In this document: piece after piece, positions 25,388 through 35,242 of the stretch
How positions within the stretch are numbered: position 1 is the stretch's first letter
Layout of the letters: every line of letters starts with the position of its first letter
Position numbers and translations under genes: made by a program
From: an uncultured bacterium
Lineage (GTDB): Bacteria; Planctomycetota; GCA-002687715
DNA length: 64,000 nucleotides
Assembly (NCBI GenBank): GCA_902826835.1
Contig: CADEGH010000003.1
Span: 266,083 to 330,082 of the forward strand
Direction: 5' to 3'
Notes under the pieces: model-generated
Databases searched by the model: none
Seen by the model: the letters and a program-made list of their open reading frames with translations, nothing else
What the model was told of the DNA's origin: nothing

Positions 25388-26661
25388 TGAGGGTGGGCCC
25401 GCAGATGCCGACCGAAGCCGCACGCCGCACCACGACCTGCGCCGGCCGCGTGCGCTTCATCATCTCGATGCTGCTCGCCGCCGCGACTTCCAACGCGCAG
25501 GGCGCGCCGCCGACTCGCGATGAACTCCTGGACTTCTGCCTGCGCCCCGCCGACGACCGCCTTGAGACCGACGCCGCTCGCCTCGCCCTGCTTTTCACAA
25601 ATCCCGAGGACATCGATTCGGCCCTCGCCGCCCTGCAGCGCCCGAACTCGGAAGTGCGTGCGGGGCACCGGAGCCTGCGAGTCGGCGCGATCACCCCGTC
25701 GGTCTTTGCCGGAGTGGTGGTTCCCAAGCGCCCGCCTCCCGAGGCCGGATATCCGATGGTGGTCACCTTTTCGAATCAAGTGCGCGGCGGCGCCGACGAG
25801 CTCAATATTCGAACCCGTGACGGGGGATGGCTCGATGCCGGTTGGGTCGTGGCTACCGCAGTCGTGGTGAGGGAACCGCAGGAGCCACAACCCTGGGAGC
25901 TCCGAGGTCGGCACGCTCCGCTCCAAAGTTCGGTGATCGCTCGCGTGGCCGCCGAGGTACCGATCGATCGTGATCGCGTGGTGATGCTCTGGAGTGCCCT
26001 CCCAAGCCCGGGGCGTGATCGCCCCGTTCCGGTGGCCAGTTCGCCGGTGTTTGATCCGACGCCGCTCGCCGCCCTCATTCTCAGTTTGCCGGGATCGCGC
26101 CCGCCACCTCCGCTGTTGGGCGGCCTCCCCCGCTGGCAACACCGAACCCTGATCCTTCATCACGCCCCGTCCCCGGCCGAGGAGGTTCGGAGGCTCGCGG
26201 TCGAAATCGCCCATCACTCGGGTTCGCTCTCGCTGCAAAGCGCGTCCCTGCCCGACCCCTGGCTCGAAGACCCTCAATTCCCACCTCCGGCCATCGCCAC
26301 CCAAGAGCCCCTCCCATCCTTGCGGCGGCCTGCAATGGCCGCCGATTTTTGGGCTGATCTCTCGGACCTCTTGCCCAGGCACGAGCGGTTTGAGCGCGCC
26401 ATCGGGCTGTCCCCCCTCCGTTTCCGAGCCAAGTTCTCCTCCGGCGAGCTCGACCTCGAGAGCCCTGATCTCCCCGACCAGGCGACTCCCCAACTTGCCA
26501 TCTATTGGGAACCCGGAGTGGAAAAGGTCGCCATCACGTGGAATGGTCGCCCCCTCGGGGAGCATGGCGTACGCCGCGATGGTGTCGCCCGGCTGCTCGC
26601 GGCCCGCCACTCGCTCCTGACCGGGCGCCGTTTCGACGGAATCATCGTGCTTGGCCCCTGA
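25387..26661 (+). CDS. Hypothetical secreted protein
   Basis: Hydrophobic N-terminus RFIISMLLAAATSNAQG. The ATG overlaps the previous stop (TGATG). No motif recognised. Confidence 0.4.
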   Translation: MRVGPQMPTEAARRTTTCAGRVRFIISMLLAAATSNAQGAPPTRDELLDFCLRPADDRLETDAARLALLFTNPEDIDSALAALQRPNSEVRAGHRSLRVGAITPSVFAGVVVPKRPPPEAGYPMVVTFSNQVRGGADELNIRTRDGGWLDAGWVVATAVVVREPQEPQPWELRGRHAPLQSSVIARVAAEVPIDRDRVVMLWSALPSPGRDRPVPVASSPVFDPTPLAALILSLPGSRPPPPLLGGLPRWQHRTLILHHAPSPAEEVRRLAVEIAHHSGSLSLQSASLPDPWLEDPQFPPPAIATQEPLPSLRRPAMAADFWADLSDLLPRHERFERAIGLSPLRFRAKFSSGELDLESPDLPDQATPQLAIYWEPGVEKVAITWNGRPLGEHGVRRDGVARLLAARHSLLTGRRFDGIIVLGP

Positions 26662-26701
26662 ACCTGCAAAACTTCCCAGTCTTCGCCCGAATCCGGCAGC
26701 G

Positions 26702-27967
26702 ATGCCCGCCGGCCCGCGCTTTTCCGCCAAAGCTCTCCTTGGTTGCGGCTTCCTTCTGGCGGCAGGAACCACGACCGGCGTTCTCTTCTCGCGGGTCGAA
26801 GGCGCCCCGACTCTCCTCCGCCGACTCTCACACCACATCACCGGCTCGATGGACCGGCTCGTGGTAGTCCTCCCGACCCGTCCTGCTCTGTACGCCACCG
26901 ACCCCGTCTACACCGTAGAAGTCACCGCGCTGGCGCTGCAGGGTCGGGTCCTCTCGATCGAGGGCGACAGCCCGTGTCGCGTCACGATCTCGATCGACCC
27001 CAGTCTGCGACGTCGGCTGGGCCAGGCGAGCGAAGTGATCGCCATGGCGCCGGGATACGACCTCGGTTGGGTGCTCAAAACCTTGGTCCCCCCCGACCTG
27101 CGCCAGTACGTCCTCGCCGAAGTCGACAAACTCTGGTCCATGCACGGCGCGGAGACGATCGAACAGATCAAAGGCCCGGGCCTGGCCGCCTTGGCCGACA
27201 TCCTCGCGACGTTGGCGGACGAATTTCCCCGCGCCCTCGCGGCCGAAAAGGCGAGTTTCGACGCGTTCACGGAGGCCTTCTCGCGCGAGATCTTCCCGAT
27301 CCATCTCGAACCCGCACTGAAGGACATCGTGCTCGCTCGGGTGCAATCGAAGTTGGGGCCCGCCCTCGGGGACCTCGGGACCGCGATCTGGTCGAACATC
27401 AGCATCACCGACATCCTCGCGATCTTCTGGACTGCGTCGCAGGAGACCATCGGATTGGTCGCCCGCGAGGAACAAGCCGCGAGGCTCACGAAGGTGCTCG
27501 AAGCTCGGGCCGTACCGGTGCTGCGCGAGAAAGCGCCTGGCGTGCTTCGCTCCTTCGGGGAGGCTCTGGGCGAATCCCTGGCGGACCCAAGAGTGGTGAC
27601 GGCCTTGCACAAGACCGCCCAGGAAATCTCCGCCCACCCGGCCTTCGTGACCTTCCTCGAAAGACTCTTGGGCCGCTGGATCGGCAACAACCCGGTCGTC
27701 GGCGCGCAGGTTCAGGCGGCATTCGCAAACAGCACCCTCACCGCTCCGCTCACCGAGTTCTACAAGCTCGCCGAGCCCCTCTTGCAGGAAGCCTTGAACG
27801 AAATGCTCACGCGCCCGGATCGCCTGGGCATGGACCATCAACTCGTCCGAGTCCTTCGGCATGTGGTCCTTTTGAAAGACGACCGGTATTTGCTCGTCGT
27901 TCCGCAAGGCTCGGCACCCCGCACTCCGATCACGGAACTGGTCGGGCGCATCGGAGTCGATCCCTGA
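26702..27967 (+). CDS. Membrane-anchored hypothetical protein, possibly MCE/MlaD-like. The start could alternatively be the TTG at 26651.
   Basis: N-terminal TM segment ALLGCGFLLAAGTTTGVLF. This is followed by a beta-rich segment (VEVTALALQGRVLSIEGDSPCRVTISIDPS) that resembles an MCE domain, then a long helical tail. It sits directly upstream of the MlaF-MlaE fusion. Confidence 0.35.
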   Translation: MPAGPRFSAKALLGCGFLLAAGTTTGVLFSRVEGAPTLLRRLSHHITGSMDRLVVVLPTRPALYATDPVYTVEVTALALQGRVLSIEGDSPCRVTISIDPSLRRRLGQASEVIAMAPGYDLGWVLKTLVPPDLRQYVLAEVDKLWSMHGAETIEQIKGPGLAALADILATLADEFPRALAAEKASFDAFTEAFSREIFPIHLEPALKDIVLARVQSKLGPALGDLGTAIWSNISITDILAIFWTASQETIGLVAREEQAARLTKVLEARAVPVLREKAPGVLRSFGEALGESLADPRVVTALHKTAQEISAHPAFVTFLERLLGRWIGNNPVVGAQVQAAFANSTLTAPLTEFYKLAEPLLQEALNEMLTRPDRLGMDHQLVRVLRHVVLLKDDRYLLVVPQGSAPRTPITELVGRIGVDP

Positions 27968-29511
27968 AGCCCCTCGCGATCGAAGTCGATCAACTCTCCG
28001 TTCAAGCGGGCGGACGCACCCTCCTCACCGGTTCGCAAGCACGCGTGGAGGTCGGTGAGCTCGTGCTGTTGGTCGGCGGCAGCGGCACCGGAAAGTCCCT
28101 CTTGCTCGGAATCCTCGCGGGACTCTGGCGTCCCGGGTCCGGCGTCGAGGTCGCGGGTCACGTGCGGGTGTTGGAGCAGGACGCCTTGGCGCCCCACGGC
28201 GACCGAGGTTTGCCCGGAGTCGGCATCGTCTTCCAAGACTTCGCGCTCTTCGACGACTTGCCGACCGAGGACAACGTGCGCTTTGGGATCGACCACCGGG
28301 CCCCCGGTCGCCCTGCGGCCTCGAGCGATCATCTACTGACGGAATTCGGTCTGCCGAAGAAGGTCATCCCGGCCCGTCTCTCCGGAGGCATGCGCCAGCG
28401 TTTGGCGCTGGCACGCCTGCGCGCCCAGTCTCCTGGCCTCGTGCTCTACGACGAACCGACTTCCGGCCTCGATCCGGCGATGAAATTGCGCGTGGCGAGC
28501 CGCATCCGGGAAGTGCACGACCAGAGTGGACAGACGACGGTCATCGTCACGCACGATCTCGAGTCATGCCTGGAGATCGCAGACAAGATCATCCTGCTCG
28601 ACCCCACCGAGAAGTCCCTGGTGGAGATCCCGAAGAACAAGATCGCCAAGGCGCTCGCCACCCTCCGCACTCCCGCGCCTGAGGATGCGCTCGAAGGCCC
28701 GACGCCCCGAGGCCTCCTCCGCTTTCTGATCGGCCGATTCGAGTCGATCGGGGACTTTGTCTTGGCCTCCTCGCGGACGGTGGTCTCGATCTTGCCCCAG
28801 TGGCCCGCGCCCCGCTGGGGGTTCCATTTCTTGAGGCGCGCGCTCCGCCTCACCACTCTGGGCTCGGCGCTCCCCTTTCTCGGGCTCTCGGGCTTGATTG
28901 CCGGGTTTGTGACGTCCTTCTTCATGTTCGCGCTCATGCCGGTGAAGACCTATACGGAACCCGTGCTCGCCGAGGAGTATGGTGGTTCGCTCGGGTTTGC
29001 GCTCTTCCGCGTGGTCATCCCCGGTATGACGACGCTCCTGTTCGCGAGCCGCTCGGGAGCCGCCCTCGCCGCCGACATCGGCAACCGTGCCCTGACGCGC
29101 CAACTCGATGCTCTGCGCAGTTTCGGAATCCCCCCGGCGCGGTACCTCCTGACCGGAGCGGTGTGGGCGAGCCTCCTAGGCATTCCCCTGCTCAACGCCT
29201 TGGCCTACATCCTCGCACGATTTGCCGCCACCGCGGTGTTCCTGGGCACCCATCCCGGCCACGGTCCCTACGCTTTCAACGAGGATTTTCTTCGGCTCAC
29301 CGGCCAGGGCGCATTCTTCCCAGGCGGCGTCGGCTTCGTGGTCGCGAAGTTGCTGCTTTGTGCCCTCGGGACGGCGGGCATCGCCTACCATGTCGGCGCA
29401 CGGCCGAAGACCTCCGGGGCGGCAGTCGCCGACGCGGTGACCGCCACCATCATCCGGGCCACGATCTTCACGCTGGTCGTGCACCTCATCTTCGCGTTCT
29501 TCGAGTTCTGA
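27964..29511 (+). CDS. ABC transporter with the ATPase fused to an MlaE-type permease (MlaF-MlaE fusion); start codon unresolved
   Basis: Walker A GGSGTGKS, signature LSGGMRQRLALAR, Walker B LVLYDEPTSGLD. The C-terminal half is MlaE-like (VIPGMTTLLFASRSGAALAADIGNRALTRQLDALRSFGI). Only a CTG (27964) lies between the upstream stop and the conserved N-terminal strand. Confidence 0.7.
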   Translation: MKPLAIEVDQLSVQAGGRTLLTGSQARVEVGELVLLVGGSGTGKSLLLGILAGLWRPGSGVEVAGHVRVLEQDALAPHGDRGLPGVGIVFQDFALFDDLPTEDNVRFGIDHRAPGRPAASSDHLLTEFGLPKKVIPARLSGGMRQRLALARLRAQSPGLVLYDEPTSGLDPAMKLRVASRIREVHDQSGQTTVIVTHDLESCLEIADKIILLDPTEKSLVEIPKNKIAKALATLRTPAPEDALEGPTPRGLLRFLIGRFESIGDFVLASSRTVVSILPQWPAPRWGFHFLRRALRLTTLGSALPFLGLSGLIAGFVTSFFMFALMPVKTYTEPVLAEEYGGSLGFALFRVVIPGMTTLLFASRSGAALAADIGNRALTRQLDALRSFGIPPARYLLTGAVWASLLGIPLLNALAYILARFAATAVFLGTHPGHGPYAFNEDFLRLTGQGAFFPGGVGFVVAKLLLCALGTAGIAYHVGARPKTSGAAVADAVTATIIRATIFTLVVHLIFAFFEF

Positions 29512-29519
29512 TCGCGACC

Positions 29520-31112
29520 ATGCGGTCGCGTGATTCCGACTCCGGTGCCTCCTCCATGAAGACGACCTCTGCATTCGTGCTGGTGTTGCTCCTGTCCGTC
29601 GCCGCCATCGGGCAAGATCGACTCGTGCCCTCGAACCTGTTCACCGACCATATGGTACTTCCCCTGGGCCGTATGTGCTCGGTGTTCGGGGAAGCCCCTC
29701 CGGGGGAAGAAATCACGGTCTCCATCGCCAAAGCCCAATCGAGCGCCAAGACCGACGAGCAGGGACGCTTTCGAGTGGTGCTTCCCCCCCAACCGCCCGG
29801 TGGCCCACACCGCCTGACCATCTCCGGCGCCGGCAGCACGAAGGTCATCGAGGACGTGCATTTCGGCGAGGTGTGGATCTGCTCCGGCCAGTCCAACATG
29901 GAGTGGAGCGTGCGGGCCAGTCGAGACGCCGAGCAGGAAATCGCCGCCGCCAACGTGCCCACGATCCGACTCTTCACCGTCCCCAATCGCGTGGCTCGCG
30001 AGCCGCAAACCTCGGTCGACGGCCAGTGGAGAGTCGCGAGTCCGGAGACTGTCCCGGAGTTCTCGGCGGTGGCGTGGTTCTTCGCCAAAGACGTGGTCGG
30101 CAAGACGGGACTTGTGGTCGGCTTGATCGACGCAACTTGGGGCGGAACGCCGATCGAAGCGTGGATGCGGGACGAGGCGTTCGCGCCGATCCCGGAGGCT
30201 GACGGACTCGTCGCCCGTTGGAAGAAGGCCGAAGGCGAGTTTGATCCTGCTGCGGCCAAGAAAACCCACGATGCAGCGCTCGAGAAGTGGAACGCCGAGG
30301 TGGCGGCCGCGAAGCAGGCGGGCAAACCGGAGCCGGAAAAGCCCCGCCCTCCCCGCAGCCCCTATGACTCACCGGCTCGACCGGGATCCTTGTGGAATGG
30401 CATGATCGCGCCACTCCTGCCCGGCGCGATCACCGGTTGCATCTGGTACCAAGGAGAGTCCAACGAGCAGCGCGCGCACCAATATCGCCACCTCTTCAGC
30501 GGCATGATTCGCGATTGGCGCATCGCCTTCGAACAGGGTGACTTCCCATTCCTCTGGGTGCAGCTCGCGGGATTCCGCGCACCGCCCAAAGAACCCGGCG
30601 AAAGCCTGTGGGCGGAGCTTAGGGAGGCGCAGCAATTCGCCTTGCACCTGCCACGCACCGGCCAGGCCTTGGCCCACGATCTCGGAGAGAGCAACGACAT
30701 CCATCCGCGGAACAAACAGGAAGTCGGGGCACGCCTCGCGATCGCGCGCAGCCGCGTGATGGCGGAGTCCGACAACACCGCCTCCGGACCGGTCGTGGAG
30801 TGGTGCGACATCGCCGCTCCCCACGCGGCCCTTCTCGTCCGCGGCGCCACGGGTGGGCTCCGCACCAAGCGCGGGATGCCCCCGATTGGTTTCACCATGG
30901 CCGGCGTCGACCGGAAGTTCTATCCCGCGCAGGCGGAGATCCAGGGATCTCTGATTGCTCTGCACTGCGACGCCGTGCCCCATCCCGTGGCCGTCCGCTA
31001 CGCCTGGGCCGACCACCCCGAGACCAATCTCGTCGATCAAGACGGACTTCCCCTCGCCCCCTTCCGCAGCGACGGCTGGCCCGGACTCACCACCCGACCC
31101 GAGTCCAAATAG
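29520..31112 (+). CDS. Sialate O-acetylesterase (SASA-family carbohydrate esterase)
   Basis: Signal peptide present. GEVWICSGQSNMEWSV, IDATWGGTPIEAW, and GCIWYQGESN. Confidence 0.8.
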   Translation: MRSRDSDSGASSMKTTSAFVLVLLLSVAAIGQDRLVPSNLFTDHMVLPLGRMCSVFGEAPPGEEITVSIAKAQSSAKTDEQGRFRVVLPPQPPGGPHRLTISGAGSTKVIEDVHFGEVWICSGQSNMEWSVRASRDAEQEIAAANVPTIRLFTVPNRVAREPQTSVDGQWRVASPETVPEFSAVAWFFAKDVVGKTGLVVGLIDATWGGTPIEAWMRDEAFAPIPEADGLVARWKKAEGEFDPAAAKKTHDAALEKWNAEVAAAKQAGKPEPEKPRPPRSPYDSPARPGSLWNGMIAPLLPGAITGCIWYQGESNEQRAHQYRHLFSGMIRDWRIAFEQGDFPFLWVQLAGFRAPPKEPGESLWAELREAQQFALHLPRTGQALAHDLGESNDIHPRNKQEVGARLAIARSRVMAESDNTASGPVVEWCDIAAPHAALLVRGATGGLRTKRGMPPIGFTMAGVDRKFYPAQAEIQGSLIALHCDAVPHPVAVRYAWADHPETNLVDQDGLPLAPFRSDGWPGLTTRPESK

Positions 31113-31279
31113 GCGGATTCCCGGCTTCCGAAGAATAATCGGAATCTCCTTCCGGTCCGCGCTTCCCGGCACATCTACCAGTGTCGGCCCGATCCGCGGC
31201 CGATATCCCGCGGGGGTAGCTCCGCGAGGATCTCACAGGGAACGGCGTGAGGCTCGGTCACGGTGGCCGGGCCTCGCGT

Positions 31280-32005
31280 TTATTTTTTCGGGGGTCCCCG
31301 CCGCGGAGCGGTGGGAGGTAGCGGGCGGGGTGCTCCCCCGGCCTCCAACTTCGCTACCAGTTGGCTGAGATCCAAAGCCAAAGGCGCTTCGACCTCCAAC
31401 GGAGCATCGCGCCACGGCAACGTGAGCCGCAACTTGGAGGCGTGCAGCGCGCAGCGTCGGTGCTTCGCGATCGCATCACGCCCGAATGCGTACTTACGTT
31501 CGCCCACCAATGGATGGCGAATGTGCGCGAGGTGGATGCGCGCCTGGTTGTGTCGACCGGTGTGGAGTTGGAGTTCGAGGAGAGCGCAGGCCCCCACGAG
31601 CTTCACGGTTCGGTAGTCCGTGTGCGCCGCCTGGCCCCTTGGCGACACCTGCGCGTGCGCACCGAGGTCTTGAATCGGAACTCGGATCGATCCATCCGGT
31701 GGTCGCAGGTGGCCCTGCGCGATCGCCAAGTAGCGCTTCTCTTGGACGACATCCTTCCAGATTGCCATGAGTTGGTCCCGGATTTCCGTGCTCTTCGCGA
31801 ACACGCACAGGCCGGACGTCTCCCGATCCAAGCGATGCACGGGGAACACGGGATAGCCCTGTTCCCGAAGCCGGTCTTTCAGAGTCGGCTCCCCCGAGCG
31901 TTCACCCTTGGGGGGAGCCACCGTCAAGAGGCCAGCCGGTTTGTCGACGATGAGAAGGTGCTCGTCTTCAAACAAAACCGGAATCGGGCGCACGCTCGCA
32001 GCCAT
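31280..32005 (-). CDS. RluA-family pseudouridine synthase
   Basis: 241 aa. LIVDKPAGLLT, HRLDRETSGLCVFAK, and a C-terminal RQHQIR-like motif (GRHNQARIH). Confidence 0.85.
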   Translation of the reverse strand: MAASVRPIPVLFEDEHLLIVDKPAGLLTVAPPKGERSGEPTLKDRLREQGYPVFPVHRLDRETSGLCVFAKSTEIRDQLMAIWKDVVQEKRYLAIAQGHLRPPDGSIRVPIQDLGAHAQVSPRGQAAHTDYRTVKLVGACALLELQLHTGRHNQARIHLAHIRHPLVGERKYAFGRDAIAKHRRCALHASKLRLTLPWRDAPLEVEAPLALDLSQLVAKLEAGGAPRPLPPTAPRRGPPKK

Positions 32006-32011
32006 AGAGAC

Positions 32012-32812
32012 TCAGCGACGCCACAGCAGGCGCTGCAACCCACTCGCTTCCTCACGTCGGGAGTGGAAGCGGTGACCTTCCGAGGTCTCGAAGCCTTCGA
32101 GGTCACGGGGATCGTCGATGCCGTTATCGAGCATATGGCGGAGGACCTCGCCGGAGAGGCGACCGCTCCCGGCCGACTCGGGGTGAATTTTCCCCGACGC
32201 CCCCTTGCGTTCGAAGGCGAAGCCCACGACTTCCTTGGGGGAACTCGGAGCATCCCACAGCGCTTGTAACCGTGCGGGAAGAAATGTGAACACGCGGCGC
32301 CCTCGGCACAGCCGTTCCAAGAGAGGCGGTAGCCGCTCTTTCCACCAAGCGTGCACGGAACCGAACTCGGGGATCTGCGCACCGATCGGGCAACGGTACT
32401 CCGGCACCATGTCGCGAACCCCGAGGAGCCCGAAGAGTGGGCAGACGACCAACACGTCGTCGCGCATCCGCTGCTTCGCCTTGGGTTTCAAAGGTTCGGA
32501 CTTGAGCACTTGGAACAGCGGCCCGCCTTCCCGCTCGATCACCGGAGTGGTGGGAGCCGTGCGCAACTTTAGGTTGGTGGAACAGGCTTCCTTCAACGCG
32601 GCGCCGTGGAGACGAAGCACTTCTTTTCCGTGCCCGGCTCCGTTCACCGCGTGCAAGAACGCGGTCACCACTTCTTCACGAGGTTCGACCAACGAAGGAA
32701 ACCGATTCGTTGCCCGCTCGCCCTGGGCTTCACTGAAGGAGAAGAGTCGCGAGCCTCCGGCTAGTTTGCGCTCGGAGGACGGAATCAGGAAGCGGGCTCG
32801 GGTTCGGGTCAT
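32012..32812 (-). CDS. yaaA: YaaA-family (DUF328) peroxide-stress protein
   Basis: 266 aa. The N-terminal ..IPSSERK.. and the central ..GLLGVRDMVPEYRCPIGA.. are typical DUF328 patterns. Confidence 0.7.
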   Translation of the reverse strand: MTRTRARFLIPSSERKLAGGSRLFSFSEAQGERATNRFPSLVEPREEVVTAFLHAVNGAGHGKEVLRLHGAALKEACSTNLKLRTAPTTPVIEREGGPLFQVLKSEPLKPKAKQRMRDDVLVVCPLFGLLGVRDMVPEYRCPIGAQIPEFGSVHAWWKERLPPLLERLCRGRRVFTFLPARLQALWDAPSSPKEVVGFAFERKGASGKIHPESAGSGRLSGEVLRHMLDNGIDDPRDLEGFETSEGHRFHSRREEASGLQRLLWRR

Positions 32813-33070
32813 GGCGCCTCACGTCGAACTGAAGGGCGGTATTGTTAGATGGACTCGCGCGGATGGTCAAGGAATTTTTTTCACGCGTCCCACTCGGATC
32901 GCAAGTGCGGGCACCGCCACGAGATGCTCGTTCGTGGTTCGCGCGCGCCGAGGCCTGAGCATGCACGCGGGGGGCGCGCGCGTCAACATGGATTCGAAGG
33001 CCCGCCGACGAAGATCCGCGGCACGAGAATGTTTAGCCGGATGCAAGCCGCTCGAACGGTGGTGGGATCC

Positions 33071-34225
33071 TCAACGAGACTCGATCACGCGCAGTCCCCG
33101 CACCCGCACCGACGCGAGCAATTCTTCGGCCGGAACTCCCCGCTCCGGCGTGTGTGCGCCGACCGGAACTTGGCCCCGAACTTGCAGGTGCAGCGTGGCC
33201 GCCGCGGGAAAGGAAGTCGTACGCTCCATCGCGGTGAAGCCTGTTGTTTCATGGTGGAAATCGAGGAGTTCGAAGTTCACTCGATCGTCCGCATTCTCGC
33301 CTTGGCCTACGACGCGCAAGATCACGAGATCTCTCTCTTCGGGGTGATGCCAGCGTGGCTCCGCACATGCATGAAAGAGCTCCCTAGGCACCACCGGCAC
33401 CCCCCGAACCAAGACCGGATCGGTTTCGAGTAGACCGAGTTCACGGAGGCCTCGAATCACCTGGACATGGCCGGGGTAGCGCACCGTCTTGTAGTCGTAA
33501 GTCTGGAGTCGCCCCACCCAGGTCTCGCAAGCCGTAGAAGTGCCACCACTCGTGGTGAAGGCCTCGCAGCGCCCAAGGGGCGGTGAGAGTTCGAGGGTCT
33601 CCACCTCCTGCAGGGTGGGGATCCGCACGAGCTGCCCATTGCGAAGCGCTTCCGCCTCTCCGGTGTACTCATTGGTCAAGCCTCCGATATGGAACAGGAG
33701 CTTGTATCCCAATGGCAGTCGTGGGTTGACTGGCAGACCACCACAACGGATATGGATGTGTTGCGGGCGACGCAGGCGGGCAACGGCCAGCGCGCCGAGG
33801 ACGTTGCACAGACCAGGGGCCAGGCCGCAGTCCGGAACGACCGAGACGCCGCGCGACCTCGCGACCGGGTCCAAGCGGAGGATCTCCCGCACGATGCCGG
33901 TGTTTCCTCCGAGGTCACAGAAGTGGGCCCCCACCTGCACCGCGGCCGCGGCCGCCTTGGGGTTCAAGGCGTAGGGGAGCGCCGAAAAGACCCCCTGCAC
34001 TCCCCGAAGGGCCTGGGTGAGGGCGGGACCGTCGGTGGCATCGACGCCTTCGCCCAGGACGTTGGCCCCGGGGACCAGGGCCCGAACCCGCGACGCCGCC
34101 CGGACTGCCACCCCCTCATCCCGATCGAGAAGTCGCACCGAGGCCCCTTCGCCGAAGCTCAAGAGGTCGAACGCTGCGGCCGTGCCCTGCATCCCGGCGC
34201 CCAAGACTGCGTAGTGGTAGCTCAT
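33071..34225 (-). CDS. Saccharopine-dehydrogenase-family NAD(P) oxidoreductase
   Basis: Trimmed to MSYHYAVLGAGMQGTAAAFDL (Rossmann fold). ..CDLGGNTGIV..VVPDCGLAPGL... The remainder of the 721-aa track ORF is antisense to ispH. Confidence 0.7.
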   Translation of the reverse strand: MSYHYAVLGAGMQGTAAAFDLLSFGEGASVRLLDRDEGVAVRAASRVRALVPGANVLGEGVDATDGPALTQALRGVQGVFSALPYALNPKAAAAAVQVGAHFCDLGGNTGIVREILRLDPVARSRGVSVVPDCGLAPGLCNVLGALAVARLRRPQHIHIRCGGLPVNPRLPLGYKLLFHIGGLTNEYTGEAEALRNGQLVRIPTLQEVETLELSPPLGRCEAFTTSGGTSTACETWVGRLQTYDYKTVRYPGHVQVIRGLRELGLLETDPVLVRGVPVVPRELFHACAEPRWHHPEERDLVILRVVGQGENADDRVNFELLDFHHETTGFTAMERTTSFPAAATLHLQVRGQVPVGAHTPERGVPAEELLASVRVRGLRVIESR

Positions 34226-34294
34226 GTTTCCTTCTCGATCCGTCGGGGATTTGTTCGGCTCGCCCGCCGGAGGTAGGAAGATAGCGGAGCTCCC

Positions 34295-35242
34295 ATGAAG
34301 GTCACCCTTGCCAACCCCCGCGGATTTTGTGCCGGCGTCGAGCGCGCGATCGAAATCGTCGAGCGTGCCCTCGAACTTTTCGGTCCGCCGGTGTACGTCC
34401 GCAAGGAAATCGTGCACAACCACCACGTGGTCGAAGATCTGCGCAGCCGGGGCGCGGTGTTCGTGGACGAGCTCGACCAAGTGCCGAGCGGCGCGGTCAC
34501 GATTTTCAGCGCCCACGGAGTCTCCCCGGCAGTGAGGGACGACGCGCAAAGCCGCGGCCTGCGCATCATCGACGCCACCTGCCCGCTCGTGACCAAAGTC
34601 CACCTCGAGGCCATCCGCTTCGCGCGCGAGGGATACACGATTCTGCTGATCGGACACGAGGGACACGAGGAAGTCGAAGGCACGATGGGCGAAGCGCCCG
34701 CGCGCATGATCCTCGTAACCTCCAAGGCCGACGTCGAGAGATTGGTGTTGCCTGCCGACGCGAAGATCGGAGTCCTCACCCAAACCACACTCTCCGTGGA
34801 CGACACACGCGACATCATCGACGCGATCCGGCGCCGATTCCCGCAGGCTCACCTGCCCAAGCGGGATGACATCTGTTACGCCACCCAAAACCGCCAGTCC
34901 GCGGTCAAAGAACTCGCACCTTTCGCCGATCTCCTCATCGTCATCGGCGCCGAGAACAGCAGCAACAGCCAACGCTTGAAGGAAGTGGGACTCGGCCAAG
35001 GCATCCCCGCCTACTTGGTCCCCGACCACCACTCGCTGAAACCGGAGTGGTTCGAGGGAAAACCCCGCGTGATGGTGACCGCCGGAGCATCCGCTCCCGA
35101 GCGACTCGTGCAGGACCTCGTGACCCGCCTGCGGGAATTGGGGGCCCGCGACGTGCAAGAGCACATCCACGTCACGGAGGACGTGCGCTTTCCGCTGCCC
35201 GCCGAAGTCGAGCGCCCGGGCCCGGCCAGATCCCACTCGTGA
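34295..35242 (+). CDS. ispH: 4-hydroxy-3-methylbut-2-enyl diphosphate reductase
   Basis: 315 aa. MKVTLANPRGFCAGVERAI, SAHGVSP, DATCPLVTKVH, and NSSNSQRL. Confidence 0.92.
   Translation: MKVTLANPRGFCAGVERAIEIVERALELFGPPVYVRKEIVHNHHVVEDLRSRGAVFVDELDQVPSGAVTIFSAHGVSPAVRDDAQSRGLRIIDATCPLVTKVHLEAIRFAREGYTILLIGHEGHEEVEGTMGEAPARMILVTSKADVERLVLPADAKIGVLTQTTLSVDDTRDIIDAIRRRFPQAHLPKRDDICYATQNRQSAVKELAPFADLLIVIGAENSSNSQRLKEVGLGQGIPAYLVPDHHSLKPEWFEGKPRVMVTAGASAPERLVQDLVTRLRELGARDVQEHIHVTEDVRFPLPAEVERPGPARSHS

Noticed and set aside
34226-35236. Upstream two-thirds of the 721-aa minus-strand ORF 33071..35236
   Set aside because: This part is antisense to ispH. The saccharopine-dehydrogenase-like protein starts with a Rossmann motif at the ATG at 34225.
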